A program made the position numbers and the translations under genes. The notes beneath the pieces were generated by a model. That model did no database searches, had not been told where the DNA came from, and saw only the letters and a program-made list of their open reading frames with translations. This document shows, piece by piece, positions 51,014-60,051 of a stretch of 64,000 nucleotides of DNA. Position 1 is the stretch's first letter. Every line of letters begins with the position of its first letter. Origin of the DNA: Vicinamibacterales bacterium (GTDB taxonomy: Bacteria; Acidobacteriota; Vicinamibacteria; Vicinamibacterales; 2-12-FULL-66-21); the NCBI GenBank assembly GCA_035637115.1, contig DASPXV010000197.1, forward strand, positions 6,799 through 70,798, in the 5' to 3' direction.

Positions 51014-53671
51014 ATGACTGTTCGGGAGCTCATCACGCGCTTGAAAGCTGTCGCCGGTTTCGGCCGTCGCGATGACGATCTCGCGCGCGAGCTCGCGTTC
51101 CACGCGCAGATGCTGGAGGAGCGCCACCGCGCGCGTGGCCTCACACCCGAAGCGGCGCGGCGAGCCGCGAGGCTGGAGCTCGGCGGCGACGCGCAGATTG
51201 CCGAAGAATGGCGCGACCAGCGCGGACTGGCGTTCGTGGATACGTTGAAACAGGACGTGCGGTACGGACTGCGTGTATTGCGCCGTACGCCCGGTTTCAC
51301 TGCTGCCGCGCTGCTCACGCTGACGCTCGGCATCGGGGCCAATACAGCGGTCTTTACGATCGTTTATGCCGTCATCCTGAAGCCGCTGCCGTATGCGGAT
51401 CCAGATCGGCTCGTTACGATCGCGGACCGGAACGCTGACGGCTCTGTGTCGGGTGTCGGGCTCGCGACGGTAACCGACTGGCGTGAGCGGAGTCGCAGCT
51501 TCGAGCAATTCGCGATGCTGCGTTTGTGGATGCCGACTGTGGTCAGTAACGGTGAAGGAGAGCGGCTCCCGGCCGTGCGTGTGAGCTGGAACTACTTCGA
51601 CGTCATGGGCGCGCATCCCGTTCTCGGCCGCAGCTTCACCCCAGAGGACGATCGCGAGGACGGCTGGCACGTGCTGGTGCTGAGCGATCGCCTGTGGCGT
51701 CGGCGTTTCCGCGCCGATCCGCTGGTGGTGGGACGCACGGTGGAGGTGAACGATCAGGCGTTCCGCATTATCGGCGTCATGCCGGCGTCCTTCGAACCTC
51801 TCGATGCGCAGCGCTACTTCAACACGTCCGCCGAAGTCTGGGTGCCGATCGGAGACGACCAGGCGGGGTGCCGTCTGCGCTGCCGACCCGTTTACGCGAT
51901 AGGGCGGTTGAAGGAAGGCATCACCGTGGCTGCCGCGATGACCGAGATGAACGGCATCCGAGAGCAGCTGCGCAGGGAATACCCGGCGGATTATCCCGCG
52001 GGTGCCATTTCGGTGATGCCGATGCACGAAGCGCTCACCGGTCACGTACGAACGGCCCTGAACGTCTTGCTCGCGTCGGTTGGCTTGGTGCTGCTCATCG
52101 CATGCGCGAACGTCGCGAACCTGCTCGTGGCACGCGCTGCCGCGCGCGGCCGCGAGCTCTCGCTGCGGGCCGCTCTTGGTGCCGGGCGCGGGCGGATCGC
52201 GCGTCAGCTCCTCACCGAGAGCCTGCTTCTCAGCGCCGGCGGTGCGCTGGGCGGGCTGCTTCTCGCGATGATCGCGATTCGCGGCCTTGCGTTGATCGCG
52301 CCCGTGACCTTGCCGCGGGTGGAGCACGTCGCGATCGACGGCCGCGTCCTGGTCTTTACGGCAGCGATCGCGGTGCTGACGAGCGCCCTGTTCGGGCTTT
52401 TGCCGGCCTGGCGCGCCGGCGCCACCGATGCGCAACAGGCGCTCGCGATTGACTCGCGGACCAGCGCTGGCGGTCGATCGCGGATCCGCGCCATCCTTGT
52501 CGTAGCGGACCTCGTGCTCGCACTCGTCCTGCTCGCGGGCGCGGGGTTGATGATCCGCACCGTCGCGGCCCTCACGCACGTCAGCCGCGGCTTCGACGCC
52601 GAACGCGTCCTGTCGCTGCAGTTCGCACTCACCGGCAAAGCCTTCGGCGACGATCGCACAATCGTCGCGTTTCAGCAGCGCGCGCTCGACAGGATACGGA
52701 CGATACCGGGTATCGAGAGCGCGGCGTTGGCCGGGCAGATCCCCTTCGCGCGAGCGGGAGGCGGCGCGGGCGACTGCTGGGGATTCCATGTCGCGGGGCG
52801 AATGAACGCAAATCCGGCGGCCGATCCCTGTGTCGAGCGGTTCGCAATCACGCCCGAGTACTTCCGCGTGCTCGGCATCCCTGTGCTGTCGGGACGCGCC
52901 TTCACCGCCGAAGATACGTCGGACGCGCAGCGTGTCATCGTGATCTCACACTCGATCGCGAAAGCGTTGTGGGGAACAGCAGATCCCATCGGCTCGCAGG
53001 TCCGGATCGGCAGCGCCGCGCGAGGCGCGTGGCGAACGGTGGTGGGCGTGGTCGGGGACGTGCACGTCGACGATCTCGCGGCTCCCGTCGTGCCCGCGAT
53101 GTACACACCGGAAACGCAAATCACATCCGCGTACCTGACGGCGATCGTCAAGTCATCGGGCGATGACGCGGCGTCACTGGCGCCGTCCGTCCAGCGCGCC
53201 CTCCACGAGCTCGATCCCGGCGTGCCGGTGTATGGTGTCGCCACGCTGACGTCGCTCGTCGACAAGTCCTCGGCGCAGCGCCTCTTCGTCACGCGGCTGC
53301 TCGCCGGATTTGCCGCGGCCGCCGTGCTGCTCGCGGCGATCGGTCTTTACGGCGTCGTCTCATACGGCGTCGCGCTTCGTACGCGCGAGGTCGGCGTCCG
53401 CGTCGCGCTGGGTGCGCAGCGCGCGGACGTGGTGCGGCTTGTCCTCACTGGTGGCTTGAAGCTCGTCGTGCTCGGCGTTGCAGGAGGGCTGGCCGCCGCA
53501 GCCGCGAGCACGCGCCTGCTCGCGACTCTCGTGTTCGGTGTTCGCCCGATCGATCCGCTCACATTCGCGGCCGCGGCAGGTCTGCTGACGCTGGTCGCGC
53601 TTCTCGCCCACTGGGTGCCCATCCGCCGCGCCCTTCGCATCGATCCCGCGGCGGCGCTGCGAGCCGAGTAG
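51014..53671 (+). CDS. ADOP-type ABC permease with N-terminal prefix domain
   Basis: DLARELAFH..RGLTPEAARRAAR prefix; IACANVANL; REVGVRVALGA. Confidence 0.9.
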   Translation: MTVRELITRLKAVAGFGRRDDDLARELAFHAQMLEERHRARGLTPEAARRAARLELGGDAQIAEEWRDQRGLAFVDTLKQDVRYGLRVLRRTPGFTAAALLTLTLGIGANTAVFTIVYAVILKPLPYADPDRLVTIADRNADGSVSGVGLATVTDWRERSRSFEQFAMLRLWMPTVVSNGEGERLPAVRVSWNYFDVMGAHPVLGRSFTPEDDREDGWHVLVLSDRLWRRRFRADPLVVGRTVEVNDQAFRIIGVMPASFEPLDAQRYFNTSAEVWVPIGDDQAGCRLRCRPVYAIGRLKEGITVAAAMTEMNGIREQLRREYPADYPAGAISVMPMHEALTGHVRTALNVLLASVGLVLLIACANVANLLVARAAARGRELSLRAALGAGRGRIARQLLTESLLLSAGGALGGLLLAMIAIRGLALIAPVTLPRVEHVAIDGRVLVFTAAIAVLTSALFGLLPAWRAGATDAQQALAIDSRTSAGGRSRIRAILVVADLVLALVLLAGAGLMIRTVAALTHVSRGFDAERVLSLQFALTGKAFGDDRTIVAFQQRALDRIRTIPGIESAALAGQIPFARAGGGAGDCWGFHVAGRMNANPAADPCVERFAITPEYFRVLGIPVLSGRAFTAEDTSDAQRVIVISHSIAKALWGTADPIGSQVRIGSAARGAWRTVVGVVGDVHVDDLAAPVVPAMYTPETQITSAYLTAIVKSSGDDAASLAPSVQRALHELDPGVPVYGVATLTSLVDKSSAQRLFVTRLLAGFAAAAVLLAAIGLYGVVSYGVALRTREVGVRVALGAQRADVVRLVLTGGLKLVVLGVAGGLAAAAASTRLLATLVFGVRPIDPLTFAAAAGLLTLVALLAHWVPIRRALRIDPAAALRAE

Positions 53672-53833
53672 TGTCCCGTGTCAGAAGTCCTGTGCCGCAC
53701 TGAGGGTGGCGATGCGCCCGGCTGGCAAGGCGCGACGACCGAGCATGCCGGGAGTATGTGAGGGAGGACCAAACGCCGTCAGGCGGGATGCAGCGCCAGC
53801 CGAATGCAACAGGACTTCTGACACGGGACACTG
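53669..53833. repeat. 165-nt nested-hairpin / MITE-like element, copy 2
   Basis: 24/25-bp TIR tagtgtcccgtgtcagaagtcctgt; core ggcaaggcgcgacgaccgag identical to copy 1. Confidence 0.85.
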
Positions 53834-53888
53834 GGGCCACAGACCAACACAGGCCGACGCGGAGTTTGATCGTTATGCTCTGTAGTCT

Positions 53889-56201
53889 GTGGTTGCGCTA
53901 CCGATCGATCCGTATCTGCCGCAGATTGTTGCCGCCGTCCGGTCACGGCGGGCGGTGATTCTGTCGGCGGCTCCTGGAGCGGGAAAGACGACGCGGGTGC
54001 CGCCGGCGCTGGCGGCGGATGGGGCCGTGCTCGTGCTGCAGCCGCGGCGCGTGGCGGCGAGATCGATGGCGCGGCGGATCGCTGCCGAGCAGGGATGGAC
54101 GCTTGGACGCGAAGTCGGATGGCACGTGCGGTTCGAGCGCAGGTTCACGTCCGAATCGCGCGTGGTGTTCGCGACGGAAGGGATTCTGACGGCGCGGCTC
54201 CAGCAGGATCCGCTGCTTGCGGATTTCACGACGATCGTCCTCGACGAATTCCACGAGCGCAGCGTGCACGCGGATGTCGGCCTCGCGCTCGCGCGGCAGG
54301 CGTGGCGCGCGCGCGACGATCTACGGCTCGTGGTGATGTCCGCCACCCTGGAGTCGAGCGCCCTCGCGGCGTTCCTGAATGAGTGTCCTGTCATCGCAGT
54401 GCCAGGGCGGCTGCATCCTTTAGATCTCGACTACCGGCCAGGGCAGTCCGTCACGGCCGCCGTTCGCGACGTGCTGCAGCAGACACTCGGAAACGTTCTT
54501 TGTTTTCTTCCCGGGGCTCCGGAGATCAATCGCGCATTGCCGGAGGTCCGCGCGGCGACAGATCCGTCGATCGACGTCGTTCCGCTGCACGGCTCGCTCC
54601 CGGCAGACGAACAGGATCGCGCTATCGCGGAAGCGGAACGGCGGCGCGTCATTCTCGCCACGAATATCGCGGAGACCTCGCTGACCGTTGCGGGCGTGAC
54701 CGCGGTGATCGATGCCGGCTACCAGAAGGTGGCGCGGTTCGATCCGGATCGCGGGATTGATTCGCTCGAGCTCGAACGGATTCCCGCTGATTCCGCGGAG
54801 CAGCGCGCCGGTCGCGCCGGACGGCTCGGTCCCGGCCGTGTGCGTCGGCTATGGGATCACGCCGATCGACTGCGCCCTCGCGGCGAGCCCGAGATCCATC
54901 GCATCGATCTGTCGGAAACCGTGCTCGACATCCTCGCGTGGGGCGGCGATCCGCGATCTTTTGAATGGTTCGATGCGCCGGACGCGGATCGTATCGACGC
55001 GGCGCTCGCATTGCTCGGGCAGCTCGGCGCCGTCCGCGACGGAAAGGTAACGGCGCTCGGCGTGCTGATGAAAGGGTTGCCGCTTCATCCGCGCCTGTCG
55101 CGGATGCTCCTCGAATCCGCTGGCAGCCGGCAGGTCGCGCTCGCGTGCGCGCTCCTGTCCGAACGTCACGCCTGGCCGCGGCATGGAACGACGACCACAA
55201 GCGACTTGCTGACAGCCGTCGATGATGCGCGCGGAGTGCCGCCGCACGCGCAGGAGGTTGCGCGGCGCATTGGCGATCTCGCGCGCGAAGCGATACAAGG
55301 CTCCCGCGCCACGAGTGGAGAAGCGGGCTTTCTGCGAGCCATCTTTACGGGATATCCGGATCGTGTCGCGCGTCGCCGCGAGCCTGGCTCGCCGCGGTTC
55401 CTGCTTGCGTCGGGGCACGGTGCGGTGCTCGGACGCGACAGCGGCGTGCGCGATGCGGAGTTCATCGTTGCGATCGACGTCCAGGCAGGACGCCGCGGCG
55501 AAGGCGCCGAAGCGTTGATTCGCATCGCCAGCGCTGTCGATCCTGGCTGGCTGGAGCCGACCGACATTCGGCTGGAGCACGCGATCGTGGACGGCCGCGT
55601 CCGCGCCACTGCGCGGACGTACTACGGCGCGATTCCGCTCGTCGAGCGGCCTGGTACGCCTGATGCGGCGGAGACGTCGCGTCTGCTCGCCGAGACATAT
55701 CGCGCGCGCGGTTGGCGATCGGATGATCAACAATTGTTCCGGCGCATGCGCTTCGCGCAGCTCGATGTCGACGAAGACAAGCTGCTGCTCCATGCCACTG
55801 CCGGAAAGAAAAGTCTCGATCAGATCGATCTGCCTGGCGCGCTCGAGTGGTCGTCAGCGCGCGAGCTCGATCGGCGCGCCCCGCAGACGCTTCCGCTTCC
55901 GAGCGGCCGTGCGGCGCGTCTCCTCTATCACGAGGACGGCAGCGTCAGCGCGGCGGTGAAGCTGCAGGAGTTGTTCGGCCTCGCCGAATCACCGCGGCTC
56001 GGGCCTGGCCACGAGCCCGTCGTCTTCGAGCTGCTGGCGCCGAACGGCCGTGCGGTGCAGACCACGCGCGATCTGCGCAGCTTCTGGAACACGACCTATC
56101 AGGGAGTGCGGAAGGAACTCCGCGGCCGCTACCCGCGCCACCCGTGGCCCGAAGATCCCTGGACCGCGCCGCCGACTGCGCGCGCAAAGCCGCATCGGTG
56201 A
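53889..56201 (+). CDS. hrpB: ATP-dependent DEAH RNA helicase HrpB
   Basis: GAGKTT, QPRR, DEFHER, SAT, TNIAETSLT, QRAGRAGR, C-terminal RKELRGRYPRHPWP. Confidence 0.93.
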   Translation: MVALPIDPYLPQIVAAVRSRRAVILSAAPGAGKTTRVPPALAADGAVLVLQPRRVAARSMARRIAAEQGWTLGREVGWHVRFERRFTSESRVVFATEGILTARLQQDPLLADFTTIVLDEFHERSVHADVGLALARQAWRARDDLRLVVMSATLESSALAAFLNECPVIAVPGRLHPLDLDYRPGQSVTAAVRDVLQQTLGNVLCFLPGAPEINRALPEVRAATDPSIDVVPLHGSLPADEQDRAIAEAERRRVILATNIAETSLTVAGVTAVIDAGYQKVARFDPDRGIDSLELERIPADSAEQRAGRAGRLGPGRVRRLWDHADRLRPRGEPEIHRIDLSETVLDILAWGGDPRSFEWFDAPDADRIDAALALLGQLGAVRDGKVTALGVLMKGLPLHPRLSRMLLESAGSRQVALACALLSERHAWPRHGTTTTSDLLTAVDDARGVPPHAQEVARRIGDLAREAIQGSRATSGEAGFLRAIFTGYPDRVARRREPGSPRFLLASGHGAVLGRDSGVRDAEFIVAIDVQAGRRGEGAEALIRIASAVDPGWLEPTDIRLEHAIVDGRVRATARTYYGAIPLVERPGTPDAAETSRLLAETYRARGWRSDDQQLFRRMRFAQLDVDEDKLLLHATAGKKSLDQIDLPGALEWSSARELDRRAPQTLPLPSGRAARLLYHEDGSVSAAVKLQELFGLAESPRLGPGHEPVVFELLAPNGRAVQTTRDLRSFWNTTYQGVRKELRGRYPRHPWPEDPWTAPPTARAKPHR

Positions 56202-56205
56202 GCCT

Positions 56206-56623
56206 TTGAACTCGAAGGAGTCGAAGGGATCGAAGAGTCTCGAAGGAGCTCTGTAAGATCACGTCGAAGGGTCGAAGGTCGAAGGAGCTTTGTAAATCAC
56301 GTCGAAGGTTCGAAGGTCGAAGGTTCTGGCGAGTCGTTAGAGACAACTTCGACCTTCGACGCTTCGAAGCCGAGCGGCGCCTTCGAGCTCCTTCGACCGT
56401 CGCACCTTCGACCTGATTTCGCAGAGATCCTTCGAGCGTCTTCGATACCTTCGCACCTTCGACCTGATTTTGCAGAGATCCTTCGACCGCTTTCGATACC
56501 TTCGATCCCTTCGAGTTCAATTACAAGCCCCGCAACTGCTAGCTCCGTCGACCTTCGCACCTTCGACGTGACCTGGAAAGCTCCTTCGACCCCCTTCGAT
56601 ACCTTCGATCCCTTCGAGTTCAA
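56206..56623. repeat. TCGAAG/CTTCGA-rich imperfect palindromic satellite
   Basis: About 29 TCGA by hand count; ends ttgaactcgaagg / ccttcgagttcaa; internal ~39-nt and ~51-nt sub-repeats. Confidence 0.85.
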
Positions 56624-57640
56624 TTACAAGGCTCGCAACTGCTCGATGCGCGAGCGCAGCGACGCCGTGAAGGACTCGACTTCCTCCGGGGTGGCGCCGC
56701 TCGCGCGGAGCGCGTCGCGCAGCTGGTTGTCGGCGATGCGCCCGAGGTACTTGCACAGCCATCGGACGTCGGCAACCGTGATGCTTGCGCGCGCGTCCGC
56801 GGTGCGCTGCCCGGTATAACCGAACTGCACGAATCCCTCAGTGACGCCGGTGACGAACTGCGGCGTCTGCGCCGCGAAGCCTTCCGGATCCCATCTTCCC
56901 CGCGTGACGACCGTGCCGCCCCACCTGCCCATCGATCCGCCCCAGTCGACGATCAGGTAACGCGCCTCGCGCCTCCAGCGCGATACGCGCGTGACGTAGA
57001 TCGCGGTGTTCGATCCGCGCGCCACGTCGCGCTGATCCTTGTTGTCCCAGTTCGAGATCAACATCAGGATCACCTTGAGGCCGGCGAGCTGCGGCGTCCC
57101 GACGAACGGATTCGACGTCCACGACCAGCTGTGCTCCTCGAACAGTTTCAGCACGTCCGGATCGTCCAGCTCGAACCGCGCGTCAGCGAACGCGCCGTTC
57201 TCATTCACACAGTGCGCGGCGCGCGTCAGCTTGCCCGCGCCGTCGATTGTTCCGGCAGCGACGCGATGCGTGACTTCGGCGAAGTAGCCGCACGCCCACG
57301 CGAGCCGCACCGCGAACGTTTCGCACGGCACCTCCTGCCCCCACTTCACTCGCCAGCGGCGCCCGTTCGCGTCGCGCACCGAGACGCACGGCTGTGAGCC
57401 CGACGAATGCTCTTCAATGAATTGAAACGGAGGTTTCGGCGCCTGCGCGGCGCCGCCTGGTCCTGACGACATGTCGAGCTCTTCGACAACGCCGGGATCG
57501 CGCCAGAGGCGATCGCGCACGCCGAACAACGGTCGCGGTCCCGCTTTGCGCAGCTTGTAGAAGCCGACGGTCCGCCAGAAGAGCAGCAGCCCGAGGTAGG
57601 CCGCGACAACGACGACGACGACCCACGCGACGTAGGACAA
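56624..57640 (-). CDS. membrane-anchored hypothetical protein, possible kinase-like fold
   Basis: N-terminal TM; W.VKWG..E..RL.W..GY; NWDNKD..SN; DWG; start codon uncertain. Confidence 0.65.
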   Translation of the reverse strand: MSYVAWVVVVVVAAYLGLLLFWRTVGFYKLRKAGPRPLFGVRDRLWRDPGVVEELDMSSGPGGAAQAPKPPFQFIEEHSSGSQPCVSVRDANGRRWRVKWGQEVPCETFAVRLAWACGYFAEVTHRVAAGTIDGAGKLTRAAHCVNENGAFADARFELDDPDVLKLFEEHSWSWTSNPFVGTPQLAGLKVILMLISNWDNKDQRDVARGSNTAIYVTRVSRWRREARYLIVDWGGSMGRWGGTVVTRGRWDPEGFAAQTPQFVTGVTEGFVQFGYTGQRTADARASITVADVRWLCKYLGRIADNQLRDALRASGATPEEVESFTASLRSRIEQLRAL

Positions 57641-57706
57641 AACCTTACCTGCTCAACGCGTGTCGATTGATTAAACCCGCATGCCGGCGGTGGAGTCTAA
57701 GGCTCC

Positions 57707-57919
57707 ATGCGCATCCTCCGCGGCCTGAGAAGCCGGCTGCTGCCGTGCGGCTGCATCGCGGGAATCTACGAGACGTACGACGGGGAAGTCGTAACTCTTC
57801 TCGACGAGCGACAGGCGACGTGCCAGGACAGCCGCCACGAGAACGGAAACAGGATTCCCGATCTCGCGGCGCCGTCCGGGTCATCAGAAGTAACTCTTCA
57901 CGCCGAACGTCAGCGCTAA
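57707..57919 (+). CDS. small hypothetical protein with CGC..C..H motif
   Basis: LPCGCIAGIYETYDG..C..H; overlaps the 3' end of the convergent gene. Confidence 0.5.
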   Translation: MRILRGLRSRLLPCGCIAGIYETYDGEVVTLLDERQATCQDSRHENGNRIPDLAAPSGSSEVTLHAERQR

Positions 57920-58429
57920 CCCTGACGGGTTGAAGTCGTTAATCTTCGACACGATGTGATACCGCGCTTCGCCTTTCACTGACACCGTATTCGACGTAAA
58001 GAATTCCGCGCCGCCGAAGATCGTTCCGCCCACCTTCGTCTCGCTGTCACCCACGTTGTGCCCGTTATCCCGGAACTGCAAAAAATACGTCCCGACTCCG
58101 GCGCCCACGAAGGGATGAACCTGCCCCCCTTCCCAGTTGTGTACGAGATCGACGCCGACGCGGATCTGTCGGAGCGAATCGCTCTTCTCGTGTTCGAACT
58201 TGGGATTGGCCCATCCCACGCCGAGCCGGACGCTGTCCCGCGCCGAGAGGTAGTACTCGTAGAACCCTTCAAGAGCCGGTCCTCTGGTCAGCGCGTCTTC
58301 CTTCGGCAGGAACACGCCAACCTCGCCGCCGATCGCGGCAGCACCCTTGTGCGGCATGCGTCCTTGGGCGAATGCCATCGCGGGCACCAGCCCCATGATC
58401 AAGGTCAATCCCAACAGTTGAGCTTTCAT
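57884..58429 (-). CDS. OmpA/OmpW-like outer-membrane beta-barrel
   Basis: Signal peptide, HPFVGAGVG, terminal YF. Confidence 0.82.
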   Translation of the reverse strand: MKAQLLGLTLIMGLVPAMAFAQGRMPHKGAAAIGGEVGVFLPKEDALTRGPALEGFYEYYLSARDSVRLGVGWANPKFEHEKSDSLRQIRVGVDLVHNWEGGQVHPFVGAGVGTYFLQFRDNGHNVGDSETKVGGTIFGGAEFFTSNTVSVKGEARYHIVSKINDFNPSGLALTFGVKSYF

Positions 58430-58506
58430 CACTATCTCTCCCTTCCCGTCGAGGTTCGACGGTCGCAAGTTGAATGCCGTCGCGGGACGATAGAATCGAA
58501 TTTCCG

Positions 58507-59256
58507 ATGAAAATCGCCACGTGGAACGTGAACGGCATCCGCGCCCGTCAGTCACAGGTGCAGGAATTGGTCGAACGGGAACGACCCGACATCGTCTGCC
58601 TGCAGGAAATCAAAGCGGTCTCCGATCAGGTTCCCGCGGCGTTGTGCGAGATGGAGGGCTACTGGTGCTACTGGCACGGCGCGAAGGGGTACTCGGGCGT
58701 CGGACTGCACGTGAACAAGTCCATTGCGCCTGAACGGCCTGCGTTCGCGCATCCGGACTTCGACTACGAAAGCCGGATCGTCACAGCGGAGGTGAACGGC
58801 GTGATGTTCGGTTCGATTTATGTACCGAACGGCGGAAAGGATTTTGCTGCCAAGATGCGCTTTCTCGAATCGCTCGAGCAGTTCGCGGCAGATCTGCACG
58901 CGTCCGGACGTCGGGTGGTGCTATGCGGCGATTTGAATATCGCGCGCGCGGAGATCGACGTGCACCCGAAGGAGCGGAAGCCACGCGCGATCGGCCAGCT
59001 TCCAGAAGAACGCGCGCTCCTCGAGCGCATCATCGGTCACGGCCTCGTCGACACGGGGCGTGCACTCGAGCCGGGAAACGATCAGATGTTCACCTGGTGG
59101 GCGCCGTGGCGCAACATGAAGCAGCGGAACATCGGGTGGCGCCTGGACTACGTGCTCGCGACCCAGTCGCTGTTCGACCGCGTGCAGGGCTGCGTCATTC
59201 AACGGGAGTTCGGCACGAGCGACCATGGCCCCGTCGTGGCCACGTTTGACGTCTAA
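58507..59256 (+). CDS. xth: exodeoxyribonuclease III
   Basis: TWNVNGIRAR, LQE.K, GYSGV, YVPNG, GDLNIA, GWRLDY, SDH. Confidence 0.95.
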   Translation: MKIATWNVNGIRARQSQVQELVERERPDIVCLQEIKAVSDQVPAALCEMEGYWCYWHGAKGYSGVGLHVNKSIAPERPAFAHPDFDYESRIVTAEVNGVMFGSIYVPNGGKDFAAKMRFLESLEQFAADLHASGRRVVLCGDLNIARAEIDVHPKERKPRAIGQLPEERALLERIIGHGLVDTGRALEPGNDQMFTWWAPWRNMKQRNIGWRLDYVLATQSLFDRVQGCVIQREFGTSDHGPVVATFDV

Positions 59257-59274
59257 TTCAGATCGGAGGGTGCA

Positions 59275-60039
59275 ATGAAGTCCGTTCTCGCCATGTATCT
59301 CTGTCTGGGCGTCGGTCCGGCGTTTGCGCCACAAGCGCAGGTGCCGCGCGATACACCACCGCCGATGGTGGAAGAGGCGCGGCGCGAACGCGATCTGCGA
59401 GCGACGATCGCTGCCGGAACGGCAACGAATCAAACCTACCTCGAGCTCGAGCGGCTGCTGTGGCAACGAACGCAGCGCTACGGCATCGACGAAGCCACGA
59501 AGCGTGAGTACCTCCGGCAGGCGATGGAGATCGCCGATACCGCGCTCCTGCTCGACCCGAAGACTCCGGATCAGCTTGTCTTCAAGAACATCCTTCTTCG
59601 CGCGCAGGCGGACATGGCGACAGATCCAGCCGAAAAGAAGCGCCTGACCGATGAGGCCAGCGTCGTCTCGAAGCGTGCTATGGAGGCAAAGGGGCAAGGA
59701 ACGGGATCGCCGTTCAGCGAGCCGTTCGAGCAAACCGTCGCCCGACTTCAGCCGCTGCGCGTCGGCGGCAATATCGTTGCGCCGACGAAAACAAAGGACG
59801 TGAAACCGGCCTATCCGCCCGAGGCGCAGACCGCTCACGTCCAGGGAGTCATGATCGTCGAGGCGTTAGTCGACGCGAACGGCAAAATGGCCAACGCCAG
59901 GATCCTGCGCTCGATTCCGATACTGGATGCGGCAGCGCTCGACGCGGTCAGTCAATGGGAGTTCACCCCCACGCTGCTGAACGGCGCTCCCGTCAGCGTC
60001 ATCATGACCGTCACGGTGAACTTCAGCATGATGGAGTAG
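59275..60039 (+). CDS. TonB C-terminal domain protein
   Basis: P.YP..A....VQG.., LD.AALDAV.QW.F.P..NG..V. Confidence 0.85.
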   Translation: MKSVLAMYLCLGVGPAFAPQAQVPRDTPPPMVEEARRERDLRATIAAGTATNQTYLELERLLWQRTQRYGIDEATKREYLRQAMEIADTALLLDPKTPDQLVFKNILLRAQADMATDPAEKKRLTDEASVVSKRAMEAKGQGTGSPFSEPFEQTVARLQPLRVGGNIVAPTKTKDVKPAYPPEAQTAHVQGVMIVEALVDANGKMANARILRSIPILDAAALDAVSQWEFTPTLLNGAPVSVIMTVTVNFSMME

Positions 60040-60051
60040 TCTGCACACTCG

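Noticed and set aside
50691..51710. Diversity-generating retroelement TR/VR pair
   Set aside because: Differences are not adenine-specific and no reverse transcriptase is present; explained by paralogy
56206..56623. CRISPR array or coding ORFs in the TCGA tract
   Set aside because: No constant repeat with unique spacers; the overlapping ORFs are low-complexity translations of the repeat
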